Position numbers and translations under genes: made by a program. A stretch of 64,000 bases of DNA from Balanoglossus misakiensis (lineage: Eukaryota; Animalia; Hemichordata). The notes under the pieces are model-generated. The model was not told where the DNA came from and ran no database searches. It saw nothing but the letters and a program-made list of their open reading frames with translations. This document shows, piece by piece, positions 41,846-55,200 of this stretch. The stretch is from positions 7,335,919 to 7,399,918 of the forward strand of contig CM082584.2 in NCBI GenBank assembly GCA_040954595.2. The letters are read 5' to 3'. Numbering within the stretch: position 1 is the first letter of the stretch; every line of letters begins with the position of its first letter.

Positions 41846-44800
41846 CTTACTTTCTTCTTTTCGCCGAGAAAACTGCAAAATGATAAAACCATACGTTCAA
41901 GTGATTTGTCAAACATGACTTACACATCCCGTTCCTAAACGTCGCATTTTCAAGGTTACGTTTAATTACCTTTGCTGTTGTCTGAGAGCAATTATGTCAC
42001 GTGGAATGGAGTGATATTAGTCATGGTGCTGGGGGTTGTGTCGTTTGTATTTGTTTTATTTTGTTTACTTAATAAGAGGACTTTATAGATATGAAGTCAT
42101 GTCTTTGCTGATCACGTTCTGTTGCTAACGCGACGAGCAACGTCCAAACAAAGAACAGGTAAAGATATCTGATATCATATGACAGAGAGCCCAGTGGGTT
42201 ACGACGATTTGGAGACGCTATTAAACTTATGGATTCCCATTTGCGTAAAATGTTAGTACGCGAACTCAAAACGTGACCTGACTATACCCTCAGAATCACT
42301 CGTGCGTTCATGTCATGGTCGTACCACAGACCACTGCCCTGGCATCGAGACGACTCTAAAACACTCCCGGAAATAAAACGTTAAATCCCCACTGCCAGCC
42401 TATAGAGACGGCCACTCTATACAAAATCAGTGACCCGGGCCGCAAAGTGAACGTGTCCTAGGCGAGAAATGTATGCGTGTTGCGTTTGTGGTAAAACATC
42501 GAAAGATCGACGCGACTTCATACCTACACAATATTAAGCTTGTATTTTGTGGGATTTGAAGCCTGCCGTAGTGATCCACATAAGCGCAAAGACCACTCGG
42601 CAAGACCACCGCTCCTATTACAATGCAAAAGGTCATGGTTGCTTACAGTCTCAAGCAGGAACTTCAACAAGAAGTCGCAACACTTTGTCATGAATACATA
42701 TTATAAATTCGCTACTCACCAAATTAGACGCTCATTGCAATCACAAGAAACGGCAAGCACACCCAAAATGGAATCTTGTGCCACTCGGCCTACTTGAAGA
42801 AAAGTCCGAGAGAGTCGGGCGACCTTTTGGAGTTTCCCTATTTAGCAGCTGACGTAGTTGTTCGGCGACCCAATAGGTGCATTCATTTTGGTCACATGTC
42901 ATACGTACCTATGTTTACCTGTACGTGTATTGCCTACAACGCGAAAATCGGTAGTTTTATATAAATGCTATATCGTGGTTCAAATCTCCTACCAGCCAGC
43001 ATAATTCACGCAAATCGTGAAATTTTCACAGGCTTGTACAACAAAGTCCGTCTTCATTATTTTTAATGCACCCACCTCAGTGTCTAAGCTGGTCTAGTTC
43101 CGTGATCACAGACGCATGTGAATATCCTTTGTGTGTGTGTTTTTTGAAATCACAAAACCTAAGGGCCCGATAGTCATTTCGAAATGAAGTAACGTCCGGG
43201 TTGTTTTCAGGATACGAACATTGGGTTATACTTAACGCGCATGTTCAAACGCGGCCAACCAATCATGGAGTGGGATATCATTGTTTTGCCGGCATCATAT
43301 ACGCCGTACTTCCGAACTGCAAAAAGGTGACCTTTATACAGCAGTACACGAATGAGAATTCTTGTATTTGCTAATTGTATAAGAATTTATTGTTCTGTTG
43401 TTTGTATACAGATAGCAGCACTGACATTGGTGTTCAAGTGATCGACGGCACCGTGACGTCATCACCAGACAACACGCAGACGGATTTTCCATCATATCTT
43501 CCAAAGAAAATGTTGCGCACTAAACGTGCAATCATGTTTTATGACTGTACTTACGTGCACTGTGTAAAGAAGTAAGATGGGTTATTTATAACGTTTCATT
43601 ATCAAATTTTCTACTATCCACCCGCCCGGGGCAGGTATTAATTTATGCCGAGTAGGTTTATTCGCCCGAAATTGTACTCGAGGATGCATGATGATGATTA
43701 AGAAGGTGGTCAACAATTCCGACAGTTTGGAATGGAGAAAGGTAGATTTTCAGTTTGAGGAATCTCCCTCCCTCCCTCCCTATCTACCTCTACCCTCATC
43801 ATACCCATACGCGCGCGCACAACAGCCGTCAAACCTGCTGACTGAACCCGTTCAGGTGGTTATGGTTAAACAAAAGTTTCGATGACTGAGACCTCGGTGG
43901 TGCTATCTACAAAGTCTGTGACTGTCTACGCGTCTGTAATCATTTCGGTTCAAGCCATCAATGTTTCGAATTGCTTTCTTGAAGTATTCAAATCCAAGTA
44001 ATGCGACTCTTTGAAATTAGTGTTCTTTGAAAATACGCAGGGTGAAGTTTGTTGCGGCTTGTAAATGAATGACAAAGGTGGTGTACAGTCCCATGTAGTT
44101 AACATTTTTACTGTGGTAGCCGAGAAAAATGCAAACTTCTGTACACAACTTGACCTTCTGCAAGATGACTAACACTGTGACATAGTTACGACGCTGCAAA
44201 GGTCGATGTAATAAAACAAATAACGTTTTTTTTTCTCATGGGCTGCATGACAAACCTAAACCCTGCTTCATCCCTGATGCTTTTTTTACACTGCCAACAG
44301 AAGATTGTCATTTTGATGATCAACAAGAGTACAAATGTAGGTTTCGATACGTGCAGCATCCGCCCTGTCAGCAAGCTTACTACAGCCACAGACAAATAGC
44401 ACAGGTCAATTCTTCCTGCTCGTGACAGTGTCAGTCACCCAAATGAATCATCAAACGAACTGGCATAGCGAAACTCCAAATAGAAACCAGCTGGAAAGAT
44501 TATCTGTCACACAATGACTCTGTTATTTGAACCATATACATTGTACATCCCTTCTCGTCACCGCGCATTCTCCCTGTGCTGGCAGAGAATCAGTATTAAA
44601 ACCAGCGCATCAATTTACAAATACAATAACGACCTATAAACCTTTCCAGAAAGCATCCAACACCTTTGCTCGGGACTGATACTGTAACAACACAAGAGAT
44701 AGGTACGCGTATTAGTATTTATTGTTATAATATTATATAAAGTCTACCGTGCCGTGACCTTAAGTGCGGCCGGGAGTTCATTTACAATCATATTTCATCA

Positions 44801-46270
44801 TAATTCATTGCATATTGTTTGAAGAATTTTGACATGTGTTGTTAACATTTAACCCCACCTTTAAATTTAATTGCCAGAGGGTTTCAGTCGACGACCCGTC
44901 TCCCGGTTGCTATGGATGCAGGCTGTATTATACATGTATCATCTCCACTTTTGTCTTAATGCTCTTTCTCCCCAGCTTTGGTTTTGCAACCGGGCACGTT
45001 CTGCCTTGTTTTCCTTTATTCATTCGCGTGATCTTTGTTCATCGACAGTCACTTCTCGGACTCTTATAGCCGCCACCGTCAGAGATGATATTGGCGACTA
45101 AGAATTTTAGAGTCCATGAAAACTCACTGTTTACGTGTACAAATGAAATCTAAAATTCTAAAGAGGAAGAGAACAACCCAAATCATCAAGTCTCACTTCG
45201 CAATCATAATTTTAATACCAGTGATGAAAACTGGATCGATTTATGAAAGGTTAGTGTTAATATACAACATAGGACTATGTGTGCGAATTAGACGGTAGAT
45301 CTGTGGTCGATGTGGCGTATACTAGTAGTTTGGCGTACATGCACATGTATATGTGTTTTGAAGGTAAATTTTGTCGCGCAAGGAAAAAAAAAAACTTTTT
45401 TTTTCTCGGGGAAAAATGGCATCAACAATTTACAGGTGTACATTCACAGTCATATTAATTTACATATGCCCATATAAAGCTGAAAGGGCGTGTCTGAGTT
45501 CTCCAATTACAGTTTGGTGGCGCCACCCAGCGAAAACCTGTGATTGGCCAGATCTCAACATTCCATGGTAACCGCGTCTAAATCTGCGAAGTTGGGCGTG
45601 CATCACAAGATGGAGCTCGGCCAATACGAGGGGACACACAAGAATGCAACACCCGAACAAGCTCTGATTTCTTGTTGCTTTGCTGTTTGAGTCGCGCCGA
45701 AAACACGGTCGATGATTTGGAGGTCGTGAGGAGACAACCGTTAATCCCTCCGATAGTCATATCATGTGATTCGCGCTCATAACATCTTAAACCGTGAAAA
45801 GACAGTATTACTTCCGCTTGGGGAGACTACTATTTTAGTTGGAATACCCGTGAAGTTGACTGCAGCAATGTTAAGCTCGCCGCGGACACGATGTCACCCG
45901 CAATCGGTGTCAAAGGTTATATCACTGAATTCGATTGTTTGGACTGCTTCTGTGTGATTCACAATGTACCATGTACAGTATATATTCAATTTCCGCATTT
46001 TCCTTCCGCATTTCGGTAGCAGTCGTGCTCCTGCGTTGTTGCTGCTGACAAGCACCCTGTCGTCTGCGCGCCTCCCAAAGAGTACGAGTGTGTCAGAATA
46101 GACGTTTCTCGGCGAACGGACGCTTTTGAGATGGCATGTTCTTTGGGGAGGACTGTGGCACGATGACTTTGCAAGAATGGTGAGAAGAGAACAGGCTTGA
46201 AAGCTGTCAAACTTTTGCGTGACCTGTTCACGGAGTGCTTGAAACGATCGCGGCGGTTCTGTTGAGAGAA

Positions 46271-49200
46271 ATGGAATTATCGCAGTCCGAGGAATCGACG
46301 GTCTTCGTCATGTACGCCGAGGGCAGGAACAAAATCTGGGCGGAGACCCACCTCATCGACATGTTGGAAAGCAGGGGCATCGGGTGTTTCCACGAGGAGA
46401 GAGATTTCCCCCTCGGCGAGACCAGGGACGACGTCATACGGCGGGCGATCGAGTCGCACCCTTGCACCATACTGCCGCTGTCGCAGACGTTCATTCAGAG
46501 GCACAGCCCTTACTTCAAGTCGATCGTCGACTGGAAGAGGGACAACCTGCTGATCTGCATAAAGACCGAGGAACACCTGGAGATGCCCGGCGAGTTCCGA
46601 GGCCTGACCGATCTGGACTACACCAACGAGTCGCAGAGGAAGCATTTCCAGGCGCGGCTACTCAAGGCGGTGCGAGCGGCTCAAAGTGCGACAGCCGCCG
46701 CGGCCATCATCACTTCCTCCCCCGGGGGTCAAAACAGGTCATTGGAATTCCCAAGCACCGAAAGAGCGTCTTCTGCCGCACTTGTCAGGCGCCGCAAACA
46801 TTCGGTTGGAAGTTTGCCAGGTGAGTTTATTTGATGAATGCGGCTTGTTGTATCTCCGAAACCACTATAACGTCATAAATATGTCAGTGGGTATGATTTG
46901 CAAATGCTTGACCACGCGTACGGCCACAACATTGAGGACACTGAAATAAAAAACTCGACGCACGGCGCTTATGTCACGTGATCGATGGTCTTCCGAACTC
47001 TCAGTTATCTATCATTTTTTGTACGACCATTTTCATCATACAAAGAATAAAATTACCAAATATACATCATTGTTAACATTTATACACAATTCCCCCATGC
47101 CCCTGTATTTGCATTACGTACTATCATGCAGTCATTCTTGATTATTTGCCAATTCACAAAGGAATCGTGACAGACATTCGTCTATAACCGTAAGTTCCCG
47201 TTTCCCATGGCGACAACATCTAGCTGGCTTAATAAAAATGAACCAGATATCTGCAGATAATAACTTCCTGTTTTTTGTAAAGAATGGTTACGTGAAGAAC
47301 ACGAAAAGTTGCACGTGCAACTATGAACACATTTCCCCGAGAAATAAGTGCGAAAGTGAAAATACTTCGTCTGCTGAAAACTGCGTGTGTGTGTCTATTT
47401 ATCGTGTCTCTTTTCCCCTGTCGATGTGTTTATATTTTGCGTATGATGAATCATGTATACGTTCGTGATCACATATAAGCCGTACGTTGGAGATAATATT
47501 TATGCCAGTGAATCAACTGTTCAAGTTAGAAAAACTCTTTTAGTTTGTTTTTCTTTTCTGGATCGTCTTTAGTTTCCACAATGCAAAATTGCGATCGACA
47601 GATGAGGAAACCTCGACCGAAAAGCGCCATGTCCATGATGTCGTTGCCAATGTCCATGCTGCAGGATTTTCACCCTTCATCTCAGTGTGCGAGGGAATCT
47701 TGGAATTTCCGAGACGACTGTGACGTGGGTGACGCTGCCATCACTGCGGCCGCCGTCGACGACGACGACGATGGCTACGATGACGGCAGCAACGACGACG
47801 TCGACTTCGATTACGAAGATGACGATGGAGTGGACGAGTTGGAGAGCGCGTCGGTCGTCACCCCTGCGTGGGCGAGAAGTCGGGGGAAGCTCACGGATTT
47901 CGCACCTGCAGCCAACCCCAGACCAGCAAACTCCCGAGCGGGCAGCAACAGATACCGCCATAGCGCGCGAACTGACTGGAGACGCAGCGGCGTTTCCCTG
48001 CCGACGGTGGTATCGGAATCCAAAAGGCGAAGCAGCGTCAACAACATCGGAGGGCGGCTGACCATCCGCAGCCTGAACTTACCAGAGTTTCAGGGGCAAG
48101 AGGTCGCTCTGCCACCGTACGTCCCGGTTGAATATAATGGTCGTGATTCGGTCCAACTGGCTGACGTGCAGGGAGCAAAGGTTAAACTTTCAATAATTAC
48201 AGAACAGGGTAAGTGTTGGTCAATATCGTATTTATCATTGTATTGGAGAACTGCATATCTGGTACAAATAGCCTGGGACCAGGTAATATTTTTATCCCTC
48301 AGGTTGATTCGTTAACTTAACCATAATGTTAATATTCCCCACCCACCCACCCACCCCATCTCTCTCTGTCTCTCTCTCTCTCCCCTCCCCCCTCTCTATC
48401 AGTCTCTGATGGCGTGAAGTCAAATAGGATGTAAATATCCTTATATGAGGTCATTATTTTTCTTCCAGATTCGGTTTACGATAAATTTAAATTGACTCAC
48501 AGACTGCTGAGAAATAACAGCGCTGACGACTTGTTGAGAGAGTACGACGAATTCCGGGAAAATCCTCGTTCGCGGGGAGCCGCGGTGTACCGCAGTTTCA
48601 TCCTGGACCGGCTCCTGCCAAACTGCGAGGACAGCTGCAGCAGCATCTTGAAGTTGACGACTTGCAACGATGCGACGGTGCAGCTGCACGCCTTGCAGCT
48701 TCTGGACCGGAAACTGAAAGAGATTGCCCGGTCCAGATGCCACGGCGGCCGCTCCGGCGACGTCGCGCAGGCGTCGGTCCTGCTGGACCTCCAATCCAAG
48801 ATGGCGGAGTCGCTGTGCAGCGGCCCGCTGTTCAGGAACTTGGAGCGCCTGCGCGTCTACAAGCAAGTTCTCGTCTTGCTGTTCCTCTGCTACGCCCAGG
48901 GCGACGTCGCCAAGAGCGACCTGCCCAGGGACACGCCGAAGGTCAGGAATGTCCTGGACTCCGACAGCCATCACGCTACCCAGCAGAAATCGCACGCCGT
49001 CACCTACAAGTACCCTGTCTCCGTGATCCTTCATGCCGTCGATCGGATTCACGACGAGAGTCACGGCCGCTCCAAGATTCGCGATTTGAGGGACATCCTG
49101 TTAACCATCGCCTCCGTATTTGACCCACATGTGAGCGAGGAAACCTCGCAGAAAGGCAAACACAAGAGAGAAGAACGGATGAGAAAATGCATTGACCACA

Positions 49201-52200
49201 TTTCCAACAGAGGGTGGCTGGAAGTACACGTAATCGTCAACTTTCTCGTGAACAGGGTAAGTTCACCTCATTGCAGCTTTATCCGGGGTTCAAACACAAG
49301 TTTACAAAATTGTTTGGTATGTTAAACCTCGCTGAATTGCTTTGGTTGGTTTGTCACTCTCCTCACTTAGTATTAAGTGTCTCCATCTCTGCCTCCAGAT
49401 CACCAAGGCGACGACATCATCCAACGCCATGGAGACCCTGTGGTTTCTCCAGCGACTTTTCCACAAGTACCAGAATAAAAATGGAGCTACTTTTAAATTT
49501 GCTGCAGTAGTGACTGATGCATATGTGGGTATTCTGGAAGGGGTTACAGAACAAGGTATACTACATTGTACATACTAAGTGAAATTTTATGTGTGAATTA
49601 TATATGTGGACATGTATTATGTCTCCATGTTTATAGTAGTGGATTGACTTTCAAGCCTAAGTGAACATAATTATTCACTCTACTCTGTAGAATTATGTCG
49701 TGCCGTTCTGCGCCACCCAAACCACACCAAAAAGAAGCTGGTTGGACTGACCGAGTTGTGGGGCTTGCATTTTGTGGAGCGGAACAGCGGCGATATACGC
49801 CACTACATCGCCGAGTGTTTGAAACCGTTGCTGTACCACAAATCGGAGATCATCCGCCGGGAGTTGGCGATGAACCTGGTGGTCAGTGACGCTGATGGTA
49901 AACAGTCGCTCAACGAACGGAACGTCCTGGAATCTGTCGCTCTCGACGTGGAGTCGAAATTCAACAGATTCGATCTCGAGTTGGAAGCGGTTGGTGGTAG
50001 TTATCCCGTCGAAGAAGACGCCGATGACGCAAAATTCTACCAAATTAAAGGCAGCTTCGCTCAACACAGGTGTTGGATCAAGTGCCTGAAGGTCGCCAAG
50101 CTGGACGAGTTCTACGCCAGTCCGGACCAAAAGTCGCCGCACTTCTCCGACTTCTCCCGCCAGATCCACATTCTCGTGGCACTTCAGGGGCACGACAACA
50201 TCGTCAAGATGATCGGTTTCCAGCGCACACCGCGGCCATGCTATCTAATCGTGGAAAGATTCGACGAGACGATTCTGGACTATTTGACCCGGAAGTATTT
50301 AAGCGGGCAGCGCATCAAATTGTGTGACCTCATCACCTCCATGGTTTTCCCGGTCGTCCAAGCGGTGCTCCACTGCCATGACAACGACATGATTCTGCGG
50401 GACATCAACGCCAGGAACTTTCACGTTTCAGAATATGGCGCGAAGCAGCGAGTGAAGTACTGTAACTTTAACCTCGCGAAAGAATTGCGGAATCGAGCGA
50501 CGGGAGTTTCTGCTGGCAGGGGTGCAGTAAAATGTTGCAAAGGTAAGAGATGATTTACGAGAAAACGGGGACTGTGTCATCGGCAATAACTGGTAATCTT
50601 CGAACAAATATGCGAACGATATGATTACGATATTTCTAGGAGGAAATGTCGTCGATTTTTCAGCAGTTTTCTTCCCCATTACCTTGGCTAGTATCCCGTT
50701 GCTATGGTAATCAACCAAGTCTCGCGAGATCTCGAAATGAGCGGAAAATCATCTTTTGGTTGAATGCACTCATTATAGTGTTACATCTCTGATTTGTTTT
50801 GTATTTCCAAAGGCAACTTGAATGACATGATACCAAAGCGATGGAGCGCTCCCGAGTCGCTGATGGAGTGTGTCTACAGCCGCAGCTCGGACAGCTGGAT
50901 GCTGGCCTGTGCCATCTACGAAATACTGACGTGTGGCTGTCAGCCGTACACCGAACTCTATGGAATGGACGCAGACGAAATTGTGCAAGAGGTTTGTAGT
51001 AGGCCTACATGGTTTACACACTATTGTTGTATGTCCCCCATACGATTTATTGAAGTGGAAAACCCTGAATCAGTAGATGTTAACTTTCAGACATCACGGA
51101 CGATTGCGATTGATTGCGAGTTTGCTTTCACAGGCCAAACACTAAAAATATTGTTAGGCTATATCATGATCGATTGGGCGATCGACCTTCGAGTCGACTC
51201 GACATGGATTCTCTCGATATTGTTTTACTTCACCTGTCATATTCTGTAAGGTCTAGTGTCTCGCTAGTAACAATTGGACTGCAAACAAAGCCTCATGATT
51301 GTGATCCCTCTATAGAGAAACGTTTCAATTGACTAAGTGTCACGAGGCCAAAAGTTTGTTTTCTGACAGATCTTACAAAATTGGGGATGTACCACCGTCG
51401 TCAACGCTTTCCACGTTCGTGCTTATAAGTCCCAGGTACCGGCGTCATTATCATGATAACAATGGGGGTCGGCTATAGTCTATTATTTGTGGCCGATTTC
51501 CCCCGTGAAAGGACGGTAAACACTGTCTGAAAGGTGTTCGCCCTTAACTGTCGCGATATTTGAAAGTGGTGACGCACTCTGACAGTGTCTTGTTGTCCTC
51601 GCCCGCAGGTCATCTGGGGTTATCGCCTCACGCAACCGGCGTGCATACCAGACCCCGTCTTCAAGGTCTTGATGGCGAGCCTGGTGACGAGCCCGGAGAG
51701 GCGACAGTCTGTGGCCCAAGTGCAGGAGATGCTGGAGGATTTCCTGAACAACACCGAAGATTTCCAAAACGATGACGGCGGTTGGTTTTTTCACGATTGG
51801 TTTCGCACGAAAGGGTCGCTTCTTCTCATGTTGGGGGGTTATGCTTAATTAAAGCACGCGCACACGACACATGCAACTGTTGCATTGAAATTGCGGTCGA
51901 TATACAGAAGGAAACACACAGGGAAAATAGATGACAGTTTGCATCTTAAACCTCTTTTAACATTTCATTGATCCAAACAGCAGCCGAAGGCTACATTTCG
52001 GAAAGTCCACGTTCATCCACTCTATAGTGACATCACGACAATAATAAGTGGTATAGCTGCATTTGCTCATTTAAAAAAAGTTTTGGCAATTTTTGGGGCT
52101 TGACCTTCCTCATTCCTACGTTGTTCTGTCTTGGAAATAAATTGCGCCCCTTGACCTTTACATGTAGGCGTTGACAGTGTGCAAACAACTCGGCCGTGAG

Positions 52201-55200
52201 TTGTGTATCATGTCCAACCCCCGGGTGGCCAAGACAACGCCTTCAAGTGGTGATAAACAATGCGAATCGGTTATACATGTACAATAACCTGGATTTGCCG
52301 GAAAGTTATGGCTGGTTGTAAAAGATGTGCTCTTCAAGTGTTTCCTGGCTTTTATTTCTTTATTTTGGACTTTGCACATTTAGAAACTTTGAAGATCATT
52401 TTCTCAAAACAGCAACTAGCGAATCTTTCTATCGTTTCAGAAAAATTACTAACGTTGGAATTGTGTTGCTTTCCGTGACTTCGGTGTATTTTTGACTATG
52501 GATGACTCGGCAAAATTTGAATGTGCAAAACCCAAAATAAATTAACAGGTGTTTTCTTCGGTTTAGCATCTCAATCCTCTGATTGAAGTGGAATAAATAT
52601 ATTTTAACATGTATATCGCATGCGCAGCAACACTTATCACCTTAAGGCAAATCGTTAATTCAGAAGCTGTTCTGCAATCCACACAAAGATGTGTGTCAAA
52701 ATACAATCGCCAACCGACAAACCTCAGATTTCTGTGATCTCAACGACTCCCTACAGACAATAGCCAGAAGTCATCGAAACTAAACTGTAATCCAACATGA
52801 AACATTTCGTGACCTGATATATGACAGAAAATCACTCTGTATCTCGAAAGCAAACATTAACTATTCAACTGCGTCGCCGTTTCACACAAAAGACTCGTGA
52901 CATGATGCGATTACGTTTCCTTATTTTAATAATTTTTTTTATATTATAGTTTTTGACGACAGCACCCCCAAACTGTTGAAGCGGGACCCGAAACAACCAC
53001 TGAAACCCGAAAGGGTAAGACAATATTTCTTGTTAAATCCATATTTTTTCAAACAGTTTCCTGATTTGTCGTTAAGATATGGTTTTGCTCATTGAGTAGA
53101 CAAGCTAAAGTGTTATAAATAAAATGTTTAGTTGCTACGCATAGTTTGTTTTCTCGCGTGTGTCGTTAGGCTATAAATCGCCACATTGATAAGCGCAGAA
53201 CGTTTTATTGTCCTTTCGATGTTGTGACTTCTAGAATGCGTCGCGCCTCGAAAATCAAAGTCTTTCACTTTTTCTCATATTTTGCTCAACTTTAGTTGTT
53301 TTCTCTTAATAAAATTCGGGGGAGGGGGTGTCACCATGTAAACTTTTGCATCTGACAGCGAAATTTTCTCAAATTTGAAATTCAACCATGTTATATAACC
53401 GCCGTTGTCATTGTACAGATGAGGAACACCTGACCTATACAATTTTCAAACCATGAAAAATAACACATTTTTGTACGCTGGGAAATGGTTGGTTCTGCGT
53501 CTGCCGTTAATCTCAGTGACGGTCTTTGTCTCACTTTCAGGGAATTCCGCGCAAGCTTCAAGATCGGAATGTGTCGTTCGCCACTTTCTATGACGACATC
53601 TACAAAGCGTTCAGGACGGTTAAGGTATGACATGGCAGCTTTCAAGCCGGTTGCAGATTTATAACGCCATGCCAGTGATAAGAACAGCATCTAAGTAGGA
53701 CACGCTAATCAACAGGTCCACTTATGACGTCGAAAAAGTAGGGCGATCTTGGTGGCTGATACAATTACCTTGCTATTTGCACTGGTGATATGAAACAACC
53801 AACACACACCTGCGCAAGTGTAGGGATCTATCTGCACTTTTTACAACCACGAAGAGAGTTCTTGTATTGACTTTTAGTAGACCACAACGATTCAAACTGG
53901 TTAGTGTAGGTTATTGCGCGTTATAAATCAACGAATGGCTGTCTAAAAGTATATAAAATTTAGACGACGAGCATGCAGCTAAACCGTTTCGAGTGCAAAA
54001 CCACCTGTTGATGGCGCTGCGTAAATCATGGACAGTAGTAAACGTAAATACTTGATTTGACATTTTGTATTTTTCCTCGGCATTCCTTTGCAGAACAAAT
54101 ATCCATGTCAAGCTGGCGAGATTCGAAACCAGGATAACCCCGTTAAATGGAAAAGAGAGGGCAGTCAGGCAGATGTTCAGGTAATGGTTTGGCTACACAA
54201 CTGTTTCACACAGAAACTTGCATTGAACCCTCGACTATGAAATGAATAAGCAATGAATATGCAATCACAATTTGACTATTTTGACAATACCTTTTACGTT
54301 TTTCTGTCACCGGCAGGAGGAGGTACACGCCGAATGTCTCTTGGTCCCAAAGACGCTCGAAGAAGAAGACACTTTGCTCAATTTACGACAGGACAACATC
54401 GTGAAGTTGGTGGAGTTTGTGAGAACAGAGCGAGACGTCTTCCTGGTAGGTAGGCAGTCACGTGACTGGGGCGACTCATCCACGATAATGATGCACCTGT
54501 GATTATGACGAATTAAAAACAAGTTATTCGCACCTGCTTGTTGCTCCATCGTGACGTAAGACACAATGAACTACCCGCAAGTATTGTGTCTCAGAAAATG
54601 CAAACGATGGACTTTGATCGTTGACTATCAACAGACTACGGGACTACACTGCAGATTTTGTGCTGTACCGAAAAGCTTCCCGTAAACTGGTGTCTAAATG
54701 CCTGTTTTCAGAGAATAAACCAATGTGCCCATAATTAATCAACTGGTGACAAAATTAGCTCATTGATGGTCTATTATTGAGATACTTTATGTAAACCCTC
54801 TATTTTTTCGATAGTTATCGGAGTACTTTGAATCGGACTGGAATCTCCTGGAAATATGCCACGATAAAGTCATTGCCGTGGACGCCCTACCCAAAGTGCT
54901 ATTGCAAATGGCCGCCGCCATGTCATTCGCTCATGCGCAAGGAATTATTCACTGCGATTTACGCGCCAATTACATCTTTATGGCGTCTAATGCAAACATA
55001 TGGGTGAGTAAATTTGTTGCAAAAAGGGTTTTCATATGAGTATGACTGTGTTTATCATCTGTTTGCTCCGTCATTTTGCAAATCTCCGGCCTGCGTTGAC
55101 CTGAAATGATTCATGTATGCGTTCAGAACCCTTTAACATTGTTTTCCTTTGACGTCCGCGCTGGTGTAAGTTTTCGGTTAAACCACAGACAAATAGAAAA

